Assembly: GCA_000043285.1 (NCBI GenBank)
Contig: BX248583.1
Location: 673,558 to 705,557, forward strand
Origin: Candidatus Blochmanniella floridana
GTDB taxonomy: Bacteria > Pseudomonadota > Gammaproteobacteria > Enterobacterales > Enterobacteriaceae
DNA: 32,000 nucleotides
Direction: 5' to 3'
Made by a program: the position numbers and the translations under genes
The notes under the pieces: generated by a model
The model's database searches: none
Told to the model about the DNA's origin: nothing
Seen by the model: the letters and a program-made list of their open reading frames with translations, nothing else
Shown here: positions 1 to 8,552 of the stretch, one piece after another
Layout: every line of letters starts with the position of its first letter
Numbering within the stretch: the stretch's first letter is position 1

Positions 1-117
1 AATTATATTACCAAATACAAATTTTAAAATATAAATTTAATTTAAATTTCATATTCAACATTATACTAATATATTACCAAACCAAACATGTCGTAATCAT
101 TAAAAATAAAACCAACT

Positions 118-384
118 TTATTTCAATAATTGTTCTAAATCCTTCCGATTCCTACCTAATTTTAATAAATCATCTGACCCTCCAACATGATTATTATTAA
201 TAAAAACCTGAGGAACTGTAACACACCCCTTTGATCTATTATACATTTCCAAATATGCAGGATCCGATTTATCATCACTTAAAACAATTTCTTTAAATAT
301 TAAAGATTGTTCTACTAAAAAAAACTTAGCCCTATCACAATAAGGACAATTCTTTTTTGTATAAATAACAATATCATATGACAT
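118..384 (-). CDS. grxC: glutaredoxin 3
   Basis: 88-aa ORF with a CPYC redox motif (IYTKKNCPYCDRAK) and TVPQVFI..HVGGSDDL, aligning along its length to E. coli GrxC. It is adjacent to yibN as in E. coli. Confidence 0.9.
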   Translation of the reverse strand: MSYDIVIYTKKNCPYCDRAKFFLVEQSLIFKEIVLSDDKSDPAYLEMYNRSKGCVTVPQVFINNNHVGGSDDLLKLGRNRKDLEQLLK

Positions 385-411
385 AATAAAACCCTCACCT
401 CATTACTAAAC

Positions 412-855
412 CTATTTTTTCAAATTCAATAAAGGAAATCCACCATCTACCCAAGAAGAAATACCCCCTTCTAATACATATACTTGCGTAAATCCTAATC
501 TATTTAGATCTTTTTTAACTGAATACAAAAATCTGTCACTCGAATTATACACAAGAATCAACGGATTATTCTTCAACCGACTACCCAAAATAAAATCATT
601 CTCCTTTATATCTTTAATAGATATATTAATACTATTAACAATATATCCAGAATAATACTCTTCCGAATTACGCATATCAACCACTACAGCACCTTTTTTA
701 TTTATTAAAAAAACTGCTTTCTCACACGAAATTTTAAATCCACTATACATCCAATTCATATAAAAAATATACAATATTATAACTAACAAAAAACACCATA
801 CTAACATTAACACTAAATGGTTTTTACAAAACAACAACATTTCTTGAAAAAACAT
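412..855 (-). CDS. yibN: rhodanese-domain inner-membrane protein YibN
   Basis: 147-aa ORF. The N-terminal hydrophobic helix (QEMLLFCKNHLVLMLVW) aligns with E. coli YibN (QEIMQFVGRHPILSIAW). The C-terminal rhodanese-like domain ends V(Y/F)VLEGG..W. It keeps the grxC-yibN neighbourhood. Confidence 0.8.
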   Translation of the reverse strand: MFFQEMLLFCKNHLVLMLVWCFLLVIILYIFYMNWMYSGFKISCEKAVFLINKKGAVVVDMRNSEEYYSGYIVNSINISIKDIKENDFILGSRLKNNPLILVYNSSDRFLYSVKKDLNRLGFTQVYVLEGGISSWVDGGFPLLNLKK

Positions 856-1122
856 AATTACACCAAATATATTAACATAATATTATAATTATAATTTCTA
901 TAACTAAAACAATCTTCTTTACATTTTATCTAATACTTCACTGTTACAATATCATTTTAACTAAACAATAATTTTATTTTAACAAATAAAATTATAATAT
1001 ACTTACATATACATAAATTTTATGATAATTAATCAATACCAAAACATTTTTAAACCAAAAAGTAACTTTTACATCCAAACAACAAAAAATTTAACAACAA
1101 ACATAACTAATTAAAATAATAA

Positions 1123-1151
1123 TTGACAAAAACTTTTAATCCAGTAATACT
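1123..1151 (+). promoter_or_regulatory. candidate sigma70 promoter for the hldD-waaF-waaC transcript
   Basis: Perfect -35 TTGACA (1123-1128), a 17-bp spacer, then AATACT (1146-1151, 4/6 match to TATAAT), about 130 nt upstream of the hldD ATG. -10-like hexamers are common by chance in DNA this AT-rich, but a perfect TTGACA is less so. Confidence 0.3.
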
Positions 1152-1175
1152 ATATCTATTATTATAATGGTGTTG

Positions 1176-1247
1176 ATTTATAGTGTAACAATACTCAACA
1201 CCCGTGACTCCTTAGTCACGGGTGTTGAGTATTGTTACACTATAAAT
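1176..1247. repeat. 72-nt perfect inverted repeat (34-bp arms, 4-nt loop CCTT) with a GC-rich apex
   Basis: Checked base by base: 1176-1209 is the exact reverse complement of 1214-1247. The apex is CACCCGTGACT-CCTT-AGTCACGGGTG. It lies in the divergent yibN/hldD intergenic region, and no T-run follows on either strand. Confidence 0.9.
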
Positions 1248-1280
1248 AAATATAGATATATTAAATATATTATTTAGTTT

Positions 1281-2216
1281 ATGATTATAGTTACCGGAGG
1301 GGCAGGTTTTATTGGAAGAAATCTTATTAGAAGATTGAACAAAATTCAAAGGACAGATATCTTGGTTGTTGATAATTTACGAAATGGAAAAAAATATAAA
1401 AATTTAGTAGGATTGCATATTTCTGATTACATAGATAAGCACTGTTTTATAAAAAGATTATTAAATAATTCTAATTATTTAAAAAATATAGAAGTAATAT
1501 TTCATGAAGGAGCTTGTTCGAACACTTATGAATGGAATGGAAGATATTTAATGAATAACAATTATCAATATTCTAAATCATTACTTAATTATTCTGTTGA
1601 AAATTCGATTCCTTTTATATATGCATCTTCTGCTTCTGTTTACGGAAAAAATATTTATTCTTCTAATACATTTGATAATAATGAAAACCCTTTGAATATT
1701 TACGGTTATTCTAAATTTTTATTTGATCAATATGTTCGAAGTGTTTTAACAAAAGTTTCTTCTCAAGTTTGTGGATTGCGGTACTTTAATGTTTATGGAC
1801 CTTATGAAAATCATAAAGGGGCTATGGCAAGTATTATTTTTAATATATATCAAAAAATCATACATAGAAAAATCCCTGTTTTATTTATTGGTAGTAGAGA
1901 TTTTAAACGAGATTTTATATATATAGATGATGTTGTAAATATTAATATATGGATGTGGGTTAATAAAATATCTGGTATTTTTGATTGTGGAACTGGTGTT
2001 TCTGAATCTTTTACATTACTCGCTGATATTGTGTTAAAATTTTTGAATTATGATTCAATTCAATATGTTCCTATGCCTTATAAAATAAGACAACATTATC
2101 AAACATTTACAAAAGCAAATATTTCTTATTTAAGAAATATAGGATATGATTTTTCTTTTATTAAATTAAGTGAAGGTATTCATCGATATTTAAATTGGTT
2201 AATTCATAATAATTAA
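1281..2216 (+). CDS. hldD: ADP-L-glycero-D-manno-heptose 6-epimerase
   Basis: 311 aa. MIIVTGGAGFIG Rossmann motif, plus HEGACS, NNYQYSK, YGYSKFLFDQYV, RYFNVYGP..HKG.MAS and FKRDF.Y..DV, collinear with E. coli HldD/RfaD (310 aa). Confidence 0.95.
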   Translation: MIIVTGGAGFIGRNLIRRLNKIQRTDILVVDNLRNGKKYKNLVGLHISDYIDKHCFIKRLLNNSNYLKNIEVIFHEGACSNTYEWNGRYLMNNNYQYSKSLLNYSVENSIPFIYASSASVYGKNIYSSNTFDNNENPLNIYGYSKFLFDQYVRSVLTKVSSQVCGLRYFNVYGPYENHKGAMASIIFNIYQKIIHRKIPVLFIGSRDFKRDFIYIDDVVNINIWMWVNKISGIFDCGTGVSESFTLLADIVLKFLNYDSIQYVPMPYKIRQHYQTFTKANISYLRNIGYDFSFIKLSEGIHRYLNWLIHNN

Positions 2217-2259
2217 TCATTTAAATTATTATAATAATATAAATTTATTAGAATAGTTC

Positions 2260-3315
2260 ATGAAGATTTTAGTAGTTAGTCCATCATGGATTGGAGATAC
2301 GGTTATTTCACATAGTCTATATCGTTTGTTGTTTAAGAAATATCAATCTCAAGTTAAAATAGATGTTATCACATCTATACGATGTGAACCTATAATTAAA
2401 CGAATGATTGAAATAAACAAAATATTCTATGTTCCATATAAACATAGAGTATTAAATTTAACTCAATGTTATAAATTAGCTAATTTATTGAGAACAGAAA
2501 ACTATACTCAAGCTATAATACTACCTAACTCATTAAAATCTGCTTTAGTACCATTTTTAGCTAAAATTCCTGTTCGAACTGGTTGGAGAGGAGAAATGAG
2601 ATATGGTTTTATTAATGATTTGCGCATCTTAAATAAATCATTTTTTCCTGCAATAATTCATAGATATTCTGCACTTGCCTATAACAAGCATTCTATTCAA
2701 AATTTTTCTGATTTACCTTCTCCATTACCATTACCTCAATTATGTATACAAAAAGAAGAAATATTAAACGTATCGATTAAATTTAATTTACATACAAAAA
2801 AAAAAATTATAGGTTTATGCCCTGGATCATCAAAGGGACTATTTAGAAATTGGCCTCATTATCATTTTGTTAATTTAGCTATCCGGTTAATATATTATGG
2901 ATATCATATAGTAATTTTAGGTTCAAATGAGAATTATTTATTAATTAATGATTTTATTGAAAAGAGTAAATTAAAAAAATTAGTTCAATATTATGATAAT
3001 TTACTTGGATGTACTTCTTTAGATGAAGCTGTTTTAATTATAGCCCTATGTTCTGCTATAGTTAGCAATGATTCTGGATTAATGCATGTAGCGTGTGCAT
3101 TACATAAACCAGTGGTAGGTTTATATGGAATCACAGATTCCTGTTGTACTCCCCCTTTATTTTATAAAAGTAAGATAATTCAAGGTAATGCTTTTAAGAA
3201 TAAAATAATGTTTTCAAGAATGAAAATTAAAAAAAGTTTATATAATTATCATAGTAGTTTAATTAATATTAGTGTTAACCAAGTATTTGAAGTATTGAAA
3301 GAGTTATTACGTTAA
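2260..3315 (+). CDS. waaF: ADP-heptose:LPS heptosyltransferase II
   Basis: 351 aa. MKILV..PSW.GD, LPNS.KSALVPF, RTGWRGEMRYG..ND, WPHYH and NDSGLMHVA.AL..P.V.LYG match E. coli WaaF (348 aa). It follows hldD as in E. coli. Confidence 0.95.
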   Translation: MKILVVSPSWIGDTVISHSLYRLLFKKYQSQVKIDVITSIRCEPIIKRMIEINKIFYVPYKHRVLNLTQCYKLANLLRTENYTQAIILPNSLKSALVPFLAKIPVRTGWRGEMRYGFINDLRILNKSFFPAIIHRYSALAYNKHSIQNFSDLPSPLPLPQLCIQKEEILNVSIKFNLHTKKKIIGLCPGSSKGLFRNWPHYHFVNLAIRLIYYGYHIVILGSNENYLLINDFIEKSKLKKLVQYYDNLLGCTSLDEAVLIIALCSAIVSNDSGLMHVACALHKPVVGLYGITDSCCTPPLFYKSKIIQGNAFKNKIMFSRMKIKKSLYNYHSSLINISVNQVFEVLKELLR

Positions 3316-3335
3316 TTTTGGAAAAATAAGATTAT

Positions 3336-4316
3336 ATGAATGTGTTAATTATAAAAATTTCTTCTATGGGGGATATAATCCATACTTTACCTGCAATAAC
3401 AGATGCATCTAATTCTATACCTAATATAATGTTTGATTGGGTTATTGAAGAGACTTTTTCTGCCATTCCAAGATGGCATCCATCTGTACAACAGATTATT
3501 CCGATAAAATTAAGAACTTGGAAAAATAATTGGTATTCATTAGATTCTTGGAAAGAATATAGGTCTTTTATAAAAAAAATAGTAAAAAAAGAATATGATG
3601 TAATCATTGATGCTCAGGGTTTATTGAAAACAGCTATATTTGTAACTAGGGTAGCTAAAGGGATTAAACATGGTTTGGATTCTGTTAGTGCTACAGAGCT
3701 GATGAGTTGTTGGTTTTATGATCATTGTCATTTTGTAAAAAAAAATCAACATGCAATTGAACGTATTCGAAATTTATTTGCAATATGTTTACAATATTCA
3801 GTACCATTAAGTATAGGAAAATATAATATTAAGAATTTTTTTAATTATTATAAAAATCAACATAATATCGTGCCTTATATAATATTTTTTTGTGTTACTA
3901 CTTGTTCTAAAAAACAGTGGCCTAAATTATATTGGTATAATATAATTCAAAAAGCATTGAATTTAGGTTATCATATAAAAATTCCATTTTGGACTGTAAG
4001 TGAAGAGCTATTTGTAAAAAAGATTAAAAAACATTTTAATCAAGTAATAATATTATCACGTTTAACTTTACAAGAGATTGCAATACAGATTTTAAAATCT
4101 ACAGCAATTATATCTGTTGATACTGGATTAAGTCATTTAGCAGCAGCTTTTGATTGTCCTAATTTAACATTATATGGTCCAACTGATCCTAAACTTGTAG
4201 GAACATATGGTGGTCGTAATCAATTAATTTTAAAATCTAAATCTAATGATATGAGGCATCTTACTCCGGATTTTGTTTGGAGTACGTTTGAAAAAAATTT
4301 CGATATTTTAAAATAA
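3336..4316 (+). CDS. waaC: ADP-heptose:LPS heptosyltransferase I
   Basis: 326 aa. SSMGD..HTLPA.TDA, FDWV.EE.F, IDAQGL.K.A, QHA.ER.R.LFA and VDTGLSHL.AA.D.PN.T.YGPTDP match E. coli WaaC. Confidence 0.95.
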   Translation: MNVLIIKISSMGDIIHTLPAITDASNSIPNIMFDWVIEETFSAIPRWHPSVQQIIPIKLRTWKNNWYSLDSWKEYRSFIKKIVKKEYDVIIDAQGLLKTAIFVTRVAKGIKHGLDSVSATELMSCWFYDHCHFVKKNQHAIERIRNLFAICLQYSVPLSIGKYNIKNFFNYYKNQHNIVPYIIFFCVTTCSKKQWPKLYWYNIIQKALNLGYHIKIPFWTVSEELFVKKIKKHFNQVIILSRLTLQEIAIQILKSTAIISVDTGLSHLAAAFDCPNLTLYGPTDPKLVGTYGGRNQLILKSKSNDMRHLTPDFVWSTFEKNFDILK

Positions 4317-4606
4317 ATTATTATTTTTTAAAATACTTGGTAATTAAAGTAATTAATTTGTTTATAAAAATTCGATATTTATTACATAATGTTTTATACA
4401 TGATAAAATTCCTGATTTTTTATTGTGTTTTTTAAAATTTGTAATGTATTATTGAATAAATAAATAATGAGTATTTATACATGATTGTATTTTATTTAAT
4501 ATAATTGATGCACATGCAAAATTAATTATAAAAATCATTTTAACATTAAACGAATATTTTTTATAGATATTTTATAAATATGTTTAAATTCAGTTTATTG
4601 ATGTCA

Positions 4607-4624
4607 ATATATATATATATATAT
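4607..4624. repeat. (AT)9 dinucleotide microsatellite abutting the waaA start
   Basis: Direct reading gives ATATATATATATATATAT at 4607-4624. The last AT plus G4625 forms the first in-frame ATG of the waaA ORF. Confidence 0.9.
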
Positions 4625-5915
4625 GTTTATATTATATATGTTTGTATATAATATTATTATATACAGTATTCAACCTATCATATGGATTAGATTATTGTGG
4701 CGTAGTAGATTTGTACCGACGTATCGTCAGAATTTAGGGGAACGTTATGGTTTTTACTGTCATAAAAATATTAAACTTAATAGTATAATAATACATGCTG
4801 TTTCAGTTGGAGAAACTTTATCAGTAATACCGTTGATCTATAAATTGCGAAAAAAGTATCCAGATGTTATCATTACACTCACTTCTATGACTCCTGCTGG
4901 TTTAGAAATGGCTTATAAGTTATCAGCATATTATCATCATGTACAATGCATGTATCTTCCTTATGATTTATTTTTTTCTGTAAAACGATTTTTAAATTAT
5001 ATACAACCTAAATTAGTTATTATTATGGAAACAGAATTGTGGCCAAACTTAATCAATGAATTATATAAACGTCGAATTCCTGTAATTATTGCAAATGCTC
5101 GTTTATCAAATATCTCTTTTAAAAAATATAAAATATTTAATCGATTTTTTTATTATATTATGCAACGTATAAATACCGTAGCTGTTCAAAGTAAAGAAGA
5201 TGCATTTCGGTTTTTTAGTTTAGGATTTAAAAAAAATCGATTAAATATTGTGGGTAATTTAAAATTTGATGTTAGTTCTAACAAAATTAATCTAAAAAAA
5301 ATTTTATCTTTTGAAAAAATTAAAATTGAAGGCCGTTTGGTTTGGATAGCTAGTAGTACTCATAAGGGAGAAGAAATAATATTATTAACAGTGTATAAAC
5401 GACTTTTAAAATCTTTTTCTAATTTACTCTTAATTCTTGTACCTCGTCATTCTGAACGTTTTAGTGATGTGATTAATATTACTAAACATGCAGGATTTTC
5501 TTATGTTGTGAGAAGTAGTGGTGTTATACCTACTAAAGATATACAGGTGTTTATTGTGGATACTATAGGAGAATTAATGTTTTTATATGAAATTTCAGAT
5601 GTAGCATTTATTGGAGGAAGTTTAGTTCGACATGGAGGACATAATCCATTAGAAGCCGCTGAGTATTCAATTCCTTTAATTATGGGTCCATATATTTTCA
5701 ATTTTAGGGATATTTGTAATAAGATGTATAGTTTAAATGGTTTAATTAAAATTACTGATACGAAATCTCTAATTCATATTATGCATATGTTGTTAAAAAG
5801 TAAAGATCGTCGTTTGTATTATGGTGGTTGTGCTTTTAATGTATTTAAGAAAAATCGAGGAGCTTCATATAAAATATTAAATATTATAAGTCACTATTTG
5901 GTAAAAAATTCTTGA
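4623..5915 (+). CDS. waaA: 3-deoxy-D-manno-octulosonic acid (Kdo) transferase
   Basis: 430 aa. IQPIIWIRL, GERYGFY, H.VSVGE, METELWPNLI, ANARLS, LVPRH.ERF and GGSLV..GGHNPLEAA match E. coli WaaA/KdtA (425 aa). The start could instead be the ATG at 4638 (Met6). Confidence 0.95.
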   Translation: MFILYMFVYNIIIYSIQPIIWIRLLWRSRFVPTYRQNLGERYGFYCHKNIKLNSIIIHAVSVGETLSVIPLIYKLRKKYPDVIITLTSMTPAGLEMAYKLSAYYHHVQCMYLPYDLFFSVKRFLNYIQPKLVIIMETELWPNLINELYKRRIPVIIANARLSNISFKKYKIFNRFFYYIMQRINTVAVQSKEDAFRFFSLGFKKNRLNIVGNLKFDVSSNKINLKKILSFEKIKIEGRLVWIASSTHKGEEIILLTVYKRLLKSFSNLLLILVPRHSERFSDVINITKHAGFSYVVRSSGVIPTKDIQVFIVDTIGELMFLYEISDVAFIGGSLVRHGGHNPLEAAEYSIPLIMGPYIFNFRDICNKMYSLNGLIKITDTKSLIHIMHMLLKSKDRRLYYGGCAFNVFKKNRGASYKILNIISHYLVKNS

Positions 5916-5980
5916 ATATTATTTCATTGATTTAATTTTTAAATCAATGAAATAATATTCAAGAATTTTTTACTTTTTTT
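5901..5980. terminator. long perfect hairpin (33-35 bp stem) plus T7 run between convergent waaA and rpmG
   Basis: 5901-5933 is the exact reverse complement of 5941-5973, with central AATTTTT. TTTTTTT at 5974-5980 follows the right arm on the + strand. The left arm holds the last waaA codons and its TGA (5913-5915). The right arm holds the rpmG TAA (5970-5972). Confidence 0.7.
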
Positions 5981-6131
5981 CTGTATATGTAATATGTTTT
6001 TTAATAATAGGATCAAACTTTTTTAATTTTATTTTCTCTGGATGAGATCGTTTATTTTTTGTGGTAGTATAAAAATGTCCATTACCAGTAGAAGAAAATA
6101 AATAAATTATTTCTCGAGTTTCTTTAGCCAT
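5970..6131 (-). CDS. rpmG: 50S ribosomal protein L33
   Basis: Not in the supplied ORF track (under 60 aa). Manual translation from the ATG (complement of 6129-6131) gives [53 protein letters not shown], with TAA at 5970-5972. This closely matches E. coli L33 (..[36 protein letters not shown]). It lies directly downstream of rpmB as in E. coli. Confidence 0.9.
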   Translation of the reverse strand: MAKETREIIYLFSSTGNGHFYTTTKNKRSHPEKIKLKKFDPIIKKHITYTEKK

Positions 6132-6139
6132 GATTATTC

Positions 6140-6379
6140 CTAATAATTTTTTTTATTTTTGAAAGATACGATTGATAAAAATTGTTCAATACCTAATTTA
6201 TCAACTAATCGTATACCTTTTGTAGAAATACGTAATTTAATAAATTTTTTTTTATTTTCTATCCAAAATCGATGAGAATGTATATTTGGTATAAACCATC
6301 GTTTTGTTGCATTCATAGCATGTGATCTTTTATTTCCATTCATTGGTTTTTTTCTTGTAATTTGGCATGTGCGAGACAT
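6140..6379 (-). CDS. rpmB: 50S ribosomal protein L28
   Basis: 79 aa. [39 protein letters not shown] aligns with E. coli L28 [39 protein letters not shown]. Confidence 0.95.
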   Translation of the reverse strand: MSRTCQITRKKPMNGNKRSHAMNATKRWFIPNIHSHRFWIENKKKFIKLRISTKGIRLVDKLGIEQFLSIVSFKNKKNY

Positions 6380-6889
6380 ATTATGTCCTTTTGTTATTAA
6401 TGTGATTTAATTAAATTAAATACATAAAATTATAAGTTATTTATCATACATAATATATGAAATTTATTATTATAAAATTAAGATTATAATAAATTAAAGT
6501 TCGTTTTATTTATATAAATTAAAATTATTTGTATTTAATACTGTATTTGATTATAATAAAAAACTAAGTAATTATTGTATATAAATTAGTAATAGCATTA
6601 GTTAAAAATAGAAATAATAAATTTATAATAATTTAATTTTTCGGTACAATAGTATTAAATAAAATAATTTTTAAAAAATTAAAATAATAATATTAATATA
6701 ATTATGTAATTTTTATATTTTAGTAGAAATTAAAGAAACTGGTTTAAAATATAAATTTTAATAGTTTTTAAAAATTGTGTTATTAGTTATAGTGTTTTTT
6801 TGATAAAAATAGATAAATTATAATTTCATTAAATTATTTAAAGTTTAAAGTTTTATCGAAATTAACAACAATTGAATTTTTCATGTATT

Positions 6890-7345
6890 ATGAAAATAAT
6901 TAATATTAAAATTATTAGAAATAATATTAATAATTTTTCTTTGCCTCAACATATTACTCCTGGTTCTGCAGGGTTAGATTTATTAGCATGCATTGAAAAA
7001 CCAGTATCTATTCTACCTAAAGAAACTCGATTAATTCCTACAGGTATTGCTATATATATTGAAGATATAGAAGTGGCTGGTATTATTTTACCTCGTTCTG
7101 GGTTAGGACATTATTATGGTATTGTATTAGGAAATACAATAGGACTTATTGATTCTGATTATCAAGGAGAAATAATGATTTCTTTGTGGAATCGGGGATC
7201 AAATAAATTTATTCTTTATCCAGGTAAAAGAATAGCTCAATTATTATTTATATCAATTTTACGAGTTAAACTTTCTCTAGTAAAGTCTTTTGACCCATTT
7301 ATGAAAACAATTCGTGGAGTGAAAGGATTTGGTCATTCTATGTAA
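6890..7345 (+). CDS. dut: dUTP diphosphatase (dUTPase)
   Basis: SGSAGLDL.AC, PTG.AI, LPRSGLGH..GIVLGN..GLIDSDYQGE.MIS.WNRG, RIAQ and GFGHS match E. coli Dut. The ORF track starts at TTG 6872; the ATG at 6890 (MKIINIKI..) matches the E. coli N-terminus better. Confidence 0.93.
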   Translation: MKIINIKIIRNNINNFSLPQHITPGSAGLDLLACIEKPVSILPKETRLIPTGIAIYIEDIEVAGIILPRSGLGHYYGIVLGNTIGLIDSDYQGEIMISLWNRGSNKFILYPGKRIAQLLFISILRVKLSLVKSFDPFMKTIRGVKGFGHSM

Positions 7346-7545
7346 TTTGGGTACTTAATATCATGTACTTTGATAGTAGTTTAATTATTCTTTTATATTT
7401 ACTATTATGGTTATAATTGATAAATTATTTTATGGTAATAATAAATTTGTATATCCAAAATTAGTTTGAGTATATTTAACACAAATTATTTGGATTTTAT
7501 AGTTAAATAAAAATGTATAAGAATAAATATAGATAAATTGAAATT

Positions 7546-8418
7546 ATGATTAATAGTATGACTGCTTTTTCTAGATATGAAGTTGTTTATTTATGGGGAA
7601 GTGCAGTGTGGGAAATTCGTTCTATGAATCAACGATATTTAGATATTTGTATTACTATACCTAAGAATGTCAATGATTTGTTTTGGATAATTAGAAAAAA
7701 AGTTAAGAGTTCTCTTACAAGAGGTAAAATAGAATGTCATTTACAACTTAATATTAATGTAGATAGTATTAATACTGTTGTGTTTGATAATAAATTATTT
7801 TCTTTTTTACTTGATAAAATCAAATATATTAAATCACAAATTAATGAAGGGGAAATTGATCTTGTAGAAATTTTATCTTTTCCAGGAATAATTTCATATA
7901 AGCATAATAATGATGTATATCAAATAAATAATGAATTATTAGCTGCTTTTGAACTAACATTATATCAATTAATACGTAATAGAGAAAAGGAAGGTAGTTT
8001 TTTAAAGGATAATGTAGTTAATCGGTTATTACAAATTACTACAGTAATCGATGAAATTCAGAAATATATTCCTCAAATATTACAACAAAAGCGTAAAAAA
8101 CTTTTGGATTATATTCAGGGTTTTTGTATTAATTTTGATACTAGTCGATTAGAACAAGAATTATTGTTAATGACACAAAAAATTGATGTTTCAGAAGAAA
8201 TAGATCGTTTGAAAATTCATGTTGAATCTATGCAAAATCTTTTATCTCAAAAAATAAATAAACCTGTTGGAAGACAGTTAGATTTTATTACTCAAGAATT
8301 ACAAAGGGAGGCTAATACTTTGTCGTCGAAATTAATAGATGCTTATGTGACAGGTTTGGTTATTTCTTTAAAGATATTAATTGAGCAAATTCGTGAACAG
8401 GTTCAAAATATTGAGTAA
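7546..8418 (+). CDS. yicC: YicC-family stress-induced protein
   Basis: 290 aa. The N-terminus M..SMTAFSR......WGSAVWEIRSMNQRYLD aligns with E. coli YicC MIRSMTAYARREIKGEWGSATWEMRSVNQRYLE. The C-terminal GR.LDF..QE..REANT..SK motif is typical of the family. Confidence 0.9.
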   Translation: MINSMTAFSRYEVVYLWGSAVWEIRSMNQRYLDICITIPKNVNDLFWIIRKKVKSSLTRGKIECHLQLNINVDSINTVVFDNKLFSFLLDKIKYIKSQINEGEIDLVEILSFPGIISYKHNNDVYQINNELLAAFELTLYQLIRNREKEGSFLKDNVVNRLLQITTVIDEIQKYIPQILQQKRKKLLDYIQGFCINFDTSRLEQELLLMTQKIDVSEEIDRLKIHVESMQNLLSQKINKPVGRQLDFITQELQREANTLSSKLIDAYVTGLVISLKILIEQIREQVQNIE

Positions 8419-8490
8419 TGAATAATAATTATTGTTAATTATGTTTCTTTGATAATGGTGTAATTGAGTATAAATTATTTTATTAAAGAT

Positions 8491-8552
8491 TATTTTTAAA
8501 ATTTATTTATATTTATTTTTATAAAAATAAATATAAATAAATTTTAAAAATA
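8491..8552. repeat. 62-bp perfect all-A/T palindrome
   Basis: Checked base by base; the symmetry centre is between 8521 and 8522. It contains only A and T and lies immediately upstream of the yicC terminator hairpin. Confidence 0.85.

Noticed and set aside
3332-3607. 91-aa ORF on the - strand
   Set aside because: It lies entirely antisense to the well-supported waaC gene. It has low-complexity I/F/L-rich composition and no recognisable motif, as expected for a chance ORF opposite an AT-rich gene.
5501-5701. 66-aa ORF on the - strand
   Set aside because: It is antisense inside waaA, with no homology signal.
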